A DNA stretch of 64,000 bases from Eukaryota sp. TZLM1-RC (Eukaryota; Protista; Metamonada: BaSk clade). Position numbers and translations under genes: made by a program. The stretch lies in contig JAUPSS010000008.1 in NCBI GenBank assembly GCA_040285825.1, positions 930,001 to 994,000 of the forward strand, given 5' to 3'. Positions 49,101 through 58,100 of this stretch are shown in pieces. The notes under the pieces are model-generated. The model ran no database searches and was not told the DNA's origin. It saw only the letters and a list, made by a program, of their open reading frames with translations. Positions within the stretch are counted from its first letter, which is position 1. Each line of letters begins with the position of its first letter.

Positions 49101-52100
49101 TATTTATATATAGACAATACTGCTGATGCAGAACTTGTCGTTACAACAGGTGAAACCTACATGCTTACTGGGGGTACTCTTCGTGGGCAGTTATACACTG
49201 CCTACAATGCTTCACTAATCTTCCCTTCTGTAGGTGATTCTTCAAGTAGAGTTTACTTTGCTGAGAATAGTTGGTTGGTTGGTCAAGGAACTGTTTTATT
49301 TGATGGGTCTGATATTGATGCATATGGAGTGTTCAACATGACTGGTGATGCTGCTAAAATTATTGCTAGGAATGGTAATGTTTGGTTTAGACCCAGTTCT
49401 CTTATTGCATCCACTGCCCCTCTCATAGTCGATGGTGCCGATGTAGATTTTTCTGGTGGTGTACACACAGTCACGAACATTATTGTTTTGGATGGAAACG
49501 TCTACATTGACGCAGATTTTACTGTCACTATGAATCTTCAACTCTACGGTGGAAAATTCGAATTGGATGGAGATCTTGAAGTTGTTGATGGTACGTTTAG
49601 TTTGTATGGTGGTACAATCGGTGGTATGTCTGATATTGTACTCCGTGATACTGTTAATTCCACTTGGTCTTGTACTTCAGATACTTCTGGTGGTGTCTTT
49701 GTTGGATATGGTGTCACAAGAGTATTTGGTACTATCTTTATTGAAGGAGAATGCCCTAAAGCTTGGAGTCGCCGTAGAATTCGTCTGTATGGTGATTCAT
49801 ATTGGAGTGGTGGGTATATCGATGCTACAGAAGATGGTTCGTTATTGGTTAGAGCGGGAGCTACACTACATTCTCTTAACCAAAACTCGATATCAATGGA
49901 TGGTGCCTTTAGAAATGATGGTACTGTTTATGCATATGATTCCTTGGATGTTATTAGTCAAGTTATTGCCGATGCCAACTCTGTGTTTGCAGCTTATAAT
50001 GGTACGTCGAGATTCTTAGATGGAGGTCAACTGCCTGGAACTATTTTCCTTGATCATAATACTGAGTTGGTTTTCTTGTCTGGGTTGTTTCATATGGATC
50101 GTAGCGCGTTGTTCATTGGAAATGGTACAATTTACTTTGAAGATTCTTATTGCACATTCCTTGGTAAAGTCGAATCTATGGAAGTTATTGTCAATGGTGG
50201 TAACGTTGCTTTTAGAGCACCTGCAGTGCTTGATAATTGTCATTCTCAATTATTAATTAATGAAGGTGATGTTTCTTTTGAAATGTCTGAAACTCGAAAT
50301 GTTATTGATGTTTGTGTCTTGTCTATCACAGGAGGAAGTGTACTACAAAGATGGGGCTTGGATCTGTTTGTGCAGGATTTGTTCACCATTACCGGTGGTC
50401 AATTCGAGATTTTAGGTCAAGTTGTCAGTGGTTCCCATGGTTCTTTTAACTTTTTTGATGGAATTATAACAGGGAGCGGGTATACCACAGTTTATGGTAG
50501 TTCAAACTGGACTTGTACTGAATTTAGAGGAAATGAAGGAAATTCTTTGTTTTATGATGAGGTTTTTATTTACGATTTCTGTCCAAAGAAGATTGACCAG
50601 CGAACGCTTTCTTTCTATGATTTAGCCTCTTGGTCTGATGGTCATTTAGCTCTCAGTAACCGTGCTACTCTTGATTGTAGGGGTACTTTCTCAGTTAACC
50701 AAGATAATTTCATTACCGATCACCGTCCTCAGCCTGATCACTATTCTCAAGTACGAGTAGAATCTCAATTAGATGTAGTTTTTCAACTACGTGTCGATGC
50801 CTATTTCGTTAATGTTCACAAAACTCTGATTTCAGAAGGTATAGAACTTACCCTGACCGGTGGAGGTGAATTTTATGGCACCCTTAGCGGTGAATTAGAC
50901 AGTTTAGTTACTCTAAATCAGGGTCATTTCACTGCTCATCCAGAATCTCGTTTCATAGATGCTTTAAATATTAAATTGACTGAAACTGCAGTGACTGATT
51001 TGAGAGGGTTCATGAACATTACTGGTTCAATTTCAATAGATGATGGGGAGTTGAACCTTTTTTATCAATCAGAATGGGCACCTTCTGTTTACTTGTATAT
51101 TTACGGTGGATTAGTCAATGTTCAGCGGGAAATCTTTGATATTTATTTGGTTACTGCCTCTTCTTTTATTATTTCAGGTGGTAGATTGCACATTCATGAT
51201 GATGTTTTGTTTAGATTAAATGGTTTCTTAAACTCTACTGGAGGAAGAATCAGCACTGGTGAATTTTCCTCCTCAACCTTTTATGATTTTAATTTCATTG
51301 ACGGCTTAATTGATGGAAGAAGGGGTAATGTAATTGTGGAAAACGTGTTCAACTATTGGAAGGGAAGAATGGAAGGTTCCATGTATGAAGGGGATGGAGC
51401 TGTAACAGTTACTGGTTTACTGAATATTTTGGGCACTGATCCCAAAGTCGTTGAGGACCGTCATCTAATTCTTTCTGGAAATGGTACTTGGTTTGACTCG
51501 GACTTGGAATTCTCTGGACAAGCTCGATTTATTATTGATTCCAGTGGATATTTAACCGTTGAATTGGAAAATTCTCGCAGTTTCAAGGGAAATAATGTCA
51601 ACCCTAGATTTGTCAATAGGGGAGTGCTCAATGTTACTACCAATTCTGAATTACTTTCCTTTGAAGGTACCAGCGAACACTTAGGTCTCAGTGTTTTCTA
51701 TGGTAATGTTGATTTTATCTCACGAAATCATTTGTTCTCTCAAAATCTGTTAATCAATGAGCACAGTGTCTTAACTTTCAAGGGTGGAGTCTCTGACTTC
51801 CAAAGTTCTTCATTCACAAATTCCTTTGGTCATTTAATTATTCAGAGCGGTACTGTTTCCTTTAGTGGACTTGTAGTTTCAAATTCGAGTTCAATCTTCA
51901 GAATTTCTGGAGGTAGTGTTAACTTTGTATCAAATGCAATATTTAACAATGAACTATCCTCTGTTTTAACTATTGAAAATGGTGCCGTCAACATCCCTCC
52001 ATCGTCTAGCCCGTTAGTTGACCACTTGCTCTTGACTGGAGGTGATTTCTCTGTTGATGGTCAATTACAGGTGTCTCAAAGCCTTACAATGCAGGACGTG

Positions 52101-55100
52101 GCTGATTTTAATGGAGATGGAAATGTTAAACTATTGAACACTTCTTATTTTGCTTGGAATGGTGGGCATTTCTCTGGTGGCAACGGTCATTTGGATTCCT
52201 TTGGTCATGTTTCTATTAATACTGTATCTAGTACTGGATTCTGGCAGCTTTTGATTCACAATTTTGGAGAATTACGTGGAACTGATGTTAATTTCAATTC
52301 AAATGGCAGAATAATAGTTCAAGATTCTGCTACTTTTAATGTTTCTTGTGCTGACTGTGCCTTGAACCATGTTGATTCCCAAGCGTTGGAAATCTTTGGA
52401 ACCTTGAATGTTCTATCATCTACAAATTTTAACCTTTTTGGTTTTACTTCTCATTTAAATTCTTTTATTCTTTTCTCAAATACTGTTTCTACTATTGTTT
52501 TCGACTCTTCACACAGTGGTTTTGTTAAAATTATTGACACTGTTCTATCTCTTGACGGTCCTTCCAATACCCACCAAGTCTCTTCTTCTGGGGTTTATTC
52601 TATTGAGGAATCATCGGAACTTTTAATAGATTCTACTGATGTACTTCTCAAAGGATTAGTTAATTCAACTGGTGATGGCAGGTTTGTTATAACTAATGGT
52701 TTCATTTCATTTACTGACCAAGGTGAGTTTTATGGTAGTCAGCCACTCCTGCTCCAGCAATCATTACTCTCAGTGCCTGACGTTCATTCTAATGGTGTTG
52801 TTAATCTTATCTCTGCTGATGATTCTTTAATTGAAGTTTATGGAACTCTCACCATTACCAATAAGACTTACTCAACAGGTGCTTTATGGCTCTCTTTATC
52901 TGACCATAGTAGTATCTCTATTCTAGGTGGCTCTCAATTCACGGATTCTATTGTTTCTGGAATTGGTGTGTTTACAAATCATGGCCATTTACACTCCATT
53001 TCGCTTTCTTTTGGTGGAAAAATTGTTTCAAAAACAGATTTGACTTTGAATGCAAACGATGAACTTAATTTGTTCAACAATGCAACCTTTAATGATGCTT
53101 CTAATAATGCATGGATCAAGATCAAAAATGGTGGAACTGTTCAAACCATCACTGAATCTGGCTCTGAAACTGCTTTCATTCAACGTGTTTCAGTTGAAGA
53201 AGGCCAATTTACTGTTGATACCAACACTAACGTTTGTGTCTTCCATCAGTTGTCAGGAGTTGTGTCCATTAATCCTTCAAATCAACTTGATATCACTTGT
53301 AACTCTCATTTGGAAGGTGGTCTTTTAACAGGAGGAGGGTATTTATTGGGCAATATCTCCTTCAACTTGGCAGAATCTTCTATACTTGCCCTTGATACAA
53401 TTATGGATGTTTCTCTTGATTCTGATCTTTCTGTAGAGACTGGAACACTTGAGTTACTACCAGGATTTAAACAATTGAATGACCAAGTTGCTTTGGTTGT
53501 TGATAATGGTTCTCTCTTCAAATTAAGCATATGTGACTCGTCTCAAGCAGCAATTCAAAACTTACTCATCATTAATGGAACAGTGCTCAACACTTGTCCA
53601 GCTTTTGTGAATCATCTTGTTTTAAATGGAGTTGATGCAAAGTTTATAGATGAAGGTGGAGTTTTGGTTAACAACTTCAATGGATCTGGTGGAGTTGTCA
53701 ACATTTCTGAGACTGTTTTTACCATTACTAATCTTGCCGAATGCCACAACTTTACCCTTTATTCTTCCAGTAATTCACCAATTGTTTCCATGGTGGATTT
53801 CTCTGTTTTTGATCATTGTCACTTGAATTCACCTATTTCTGCACCATTAATTAACACTCAAACTCATAATTCTTTAATTACTTTTGGTGAATACTTTAGT
53901 ATTTGGGACAATACCCAGATTGAAATCACTGTTGGTGAACTTTTGGTGGATCCCACTCAATCAATGTTTAATTTAAGTGATGTTAAAGTTTCTAATTACG
54001 GTAATGCATCTATTTTGTCTGGTATTTCTTTACAATCTTCCAAATTTGAAGTTGATTCTAATGGTGTTTTGAATATTGGATTTTCTTCTAATGTTTCTTC
54101 CATTGAGCTTATTGTTAATGATGCTAGTATCACCAATCATGGTCGTGTTGAGTCTGATTCAGCTACTCTCACTGATTCGGTTGTTTCAGGAAATGGTAAC
54201 CTTGACCTTGTTGATGCATATTTTGGTAGTAATGTTGAATTTAGAAGTCAATTCGTTGAAATTCTGCAAAATGGTGATTTATTGAGTCCTATGACAATCG
54301 ATCTTTTTGATTCTACATTCACCGTTGGTTCTTCTTCAACATTTTCCTTGGATGAACAGGCCAGTTTTGCCACCAATGGTGATTCTTTATTGATCATTAA
54401 TGGCCAAATGGATATATCTGCAGATTTAAGGGTTGAACAAATTGAAGTTGATGGATTGGTTACTATTTCCTCTGGAACCACCACTATACATGGACCATCT
54501 CTAAACAAAGGAAGCTACTCTATTGGTTTTGGAGGTGTTGTTGATTTTACAAGTAATTCACATATCTTGGTCTCGGATAATCAATGTTTACAAAACATGG
54601 GCACTTTAATTTTCAGTTCTACTATTAATCTGAACTGCACCATCGATCATTCATCTTCTTCTGAACTATCTATTTTAGGTACCTTAAACATTCTGTCCGG
54701 CGGTTCTATTGAAAATCCCAATTCAAATGTTCACAATCAGGGAATTTTGAGTATTAACTCTACTATTTCTCCTGTAATTACTAGTCTTTCTTTGGGAACT
54801 TCCTCTACTACTTTTGGAAGTTTGTTGTTTTGTGTCGATCAATTATCTTTATTGAGTGGTCAATTAATTGGCTCACACGTCCTTGTTAATCATTATACAC
54901 AATGGGATTCTTCTCTCCTAATTGATTCTTTTCTCGAAATTAATGATTTTGATTTGGTTAACTCGATCACCAAAAATTTAACAAACTCCACAATCAAAAC
55001 TTTAGGGTTAGTCCAAGTTTCTAATGGTGCAGTTTTTGCTGATACGACCTCCAGTTTTGTTGTTTCATCTTCCAGTACCATTGACTTTGTGGAGTGTTCA

Positions 55101-58100
55101 ACCATTAGTTCAGCATCTAGTTCTAATGATTTTGTCTTTATTCTTTATGGAACTCTTTTACATGATGGAGATTGTACTACTAGGATCTCGAATTCATTGT
55201 TCAAAGCTGGCTCACAGAGCACTATTTCGTTGGGCACTATAATCCTTGATTCTCTTGGTGACGTTTATGGTAATTTCGCTGTTGACTCTTCCTTGTATTT
55301 TGAACATGGAATTTTCAATGTTAATGGTTCAATTGATGGAAGTGGACAGCTTAATGGCCATCATTCATACACCTTATTCGACACTGTTCCTTCCATATCT
55401 AGCATTTATTTAGATAATTCTCTATTTAATTTTGCAACAACAACCACCAATCTTGGTTACTATGATTCTAGTTCTTCTGTTTCCCAATTCATCGGTGCTG
55501 TTTCATTTGTACATCTCAATTGTTTAGATTCCCAGTTAGCTTTTACTGATGCTACAGCTAGTTCAAATCAATTTGATAATAACGATTGTTTCTTTAATCT
55601 CACCAATTCAGATTATTCTTTATTAACCGACTTTTCTCTGAATAGTCCTTTAACAATTACTGGAAATGGTACCTTTGATGTGGATTCTGGAGTTTCAATT
55701 ATTTGGTCAAGTGGTGATTTTATTATCAATGATTCTGCCACTTTATTAATTCAAGATCAAGCATCAATTATTTCATCTTGCTCTGTTTGTAACTTTTTCT
55801 CAACACAACTTGCCTATATTGATAATTATGGTTTGTTAAATTTTGAGTCTTCCACTGATGTTTATGTTGAACCATTTATCAGAAATTTGAATGATATTTA
55901 TTTGTGTCGAACCAAGTTTGAACCATCAAAGTTTGGTTTTATCAACAATGGAACTATTAATTCTTGTTCTACTCATGACAGTACAATTGTTTTATCATCC
56001 AGTCAAGTTGATTTTATTTCTCCTATTTCTTTCAATGGTTTAGTCATCAATAATGGCGCCAACACCACCATTAATCATGGATTTGATGTTCCCCTCCTGG
56101 TTTCTGGAGGTTCTGTCACTGTCAATGAAGGTGTCGTAATTAATCAGCAAGTTACAGTAGATATCAGCTGTGAAGACTTTGCTGTTGATGAATACACCTT
56201 ACACCAAGATGATTTTTGGGACAATTATTGCTTTGCTCAAGGTTTCTACATGATGAATGACACTCAATTTGATGTGGTTGAGATTCAGCGTGGTCTAATA
56301 AGTGCGCAAGGTGAGGTCTTTGTCAATGCAATATTCAAGCAAACAGAAAGCTCTTTGGTTCATGTGGCTGATAACTCTACTATTTACCTTATCCCTGGAC
56401 CTTTTTACCGTCAAGTTGGATTTATTTCAGGTTTTGGTTTTATTGAGTTGTTAAATGGGTGGTGTAATTGGCAAGGATGTCATTGTGATTATGGATGGGT
56501 CGCCATGGATTGCTCAGTCACTTGTACTAACTTTACCACTTGCGACACGTGTACTTCTATATCCTACTGTGGTTGGGGAGCTGAAGCAGATCTTTGTGAA
56601 GTTGCTCAAGATGATGGAACCCCTGCTAATGTTGACTTTCAAGATTGGTACCATGGATCATGTGAAGGTTGTACCCTTTTGAATGAAGAAGCAATCTCCA
56701 GTGAAAATATTTCTATCGGTGTTTCTTCTGGATCTCGTGGTATAATGTTCCAAATAGCTGTTCCCTATGTTCGGAATTCTTGGACTTGGTATCTTGATTT
56801 TACACAATTCAATAATGGTACCGACAGTATAACATCTTCTTCTCAGTGTTCCAACAAGGATCCTTCTGCCATGAATTCTTTAGATAGAAGCTTGTTCAAT
56901 AGATCAGCACCACATGCGCTTCTGACAGCATCATTGAACAACGACTACTACCCCGCCTTTAGTCATACCAATATTTGGTCACAGTATGCACTCTCGTGCT
57001 CATTGATAGGGCTCGAACTACTGATTGATCCTCTAGATTTGTTCCAATGTACACATTCCTCTGGAGAGTACCAAGTTGACATTGTTCCATATGATGATAC
57101 TCCTTTTATTGATGTTCAAGGCAATCTCTACGCTCAACTAATCTCTCCAGATTTAACTGGTAATGAACCTGATTCTTTGTCTACTTTTGATCATGCGGAG
57201 TTTTGGTTCCAGTACACGGTCTCTGTGACCAAGTTTGAGCTTTGGGGTCAATGTGATTCTTCTAGAAACTGTTTGACACGTCATCCCTTCCCCATTGGTA
57301 ACGTTTTATCTACTTGGACTGTAGATGGTGACCAAGTATCTCTTACCATTGAGTTTTCTACGTCTGCTGACCTTGCTGAACTATTGGCAACTCCTTTCAA
57401 TAACTCAATGGACTTGGAACGCAAAAGTAGATCTTCCTACAAACTAGAGTCTCTTTCCCCAGTGACTTCATCAGAAACTTTCCAGTTTTTTGGAAACTAT
57501 TTAGTTAAATCAAATGAGGATTCTGTTTTGTTTTCATTTAAAGTTGGTATGGCTCGTCTTGGATCTCCCTTTGATTCCAAGTCAATTACTGGCGTTTTTG
57601 TTTCGAATAATTCTCCTTCAAATATTGCTGAGGCCACTTCAGTTGATAGGTCATCTTTTTATCCTGGACCATACTTTACTGGTGATTATCTATATGTTCG
57701 ATCATTTGTTGAACTCTCATCTGATTTGATGGTGATTACTGATAACATGAAACTTTCCACAAGCATTAAGGGTGCTTATCTGTGTCGTAATAGCCGTCCT
57801 GTAGTTTATGAACCAAAAGATGGTCACTATGGTTGCTTGTCTTCAACTGGTGAACCTCTTGACGAAACGCTGTCAATAATTCATGATTTTGAGGCAGATG
57901 AATTCTTTGTTGTAGAGTTTTTTGAAACCAACTCTGAATTAGCAAACTTAATTGTTTCTACTGCAAATAAGAACTCCCATTTATTAGTAAATGGATTTAG
58001 TTTTGTTTCTCCTGATATTCAAGAGGGTGGAATTTATTACCTCCATGTCGATACTGTTGTTGAGAATTCAATTGACAACACCCCCATTTCTATCAATTCA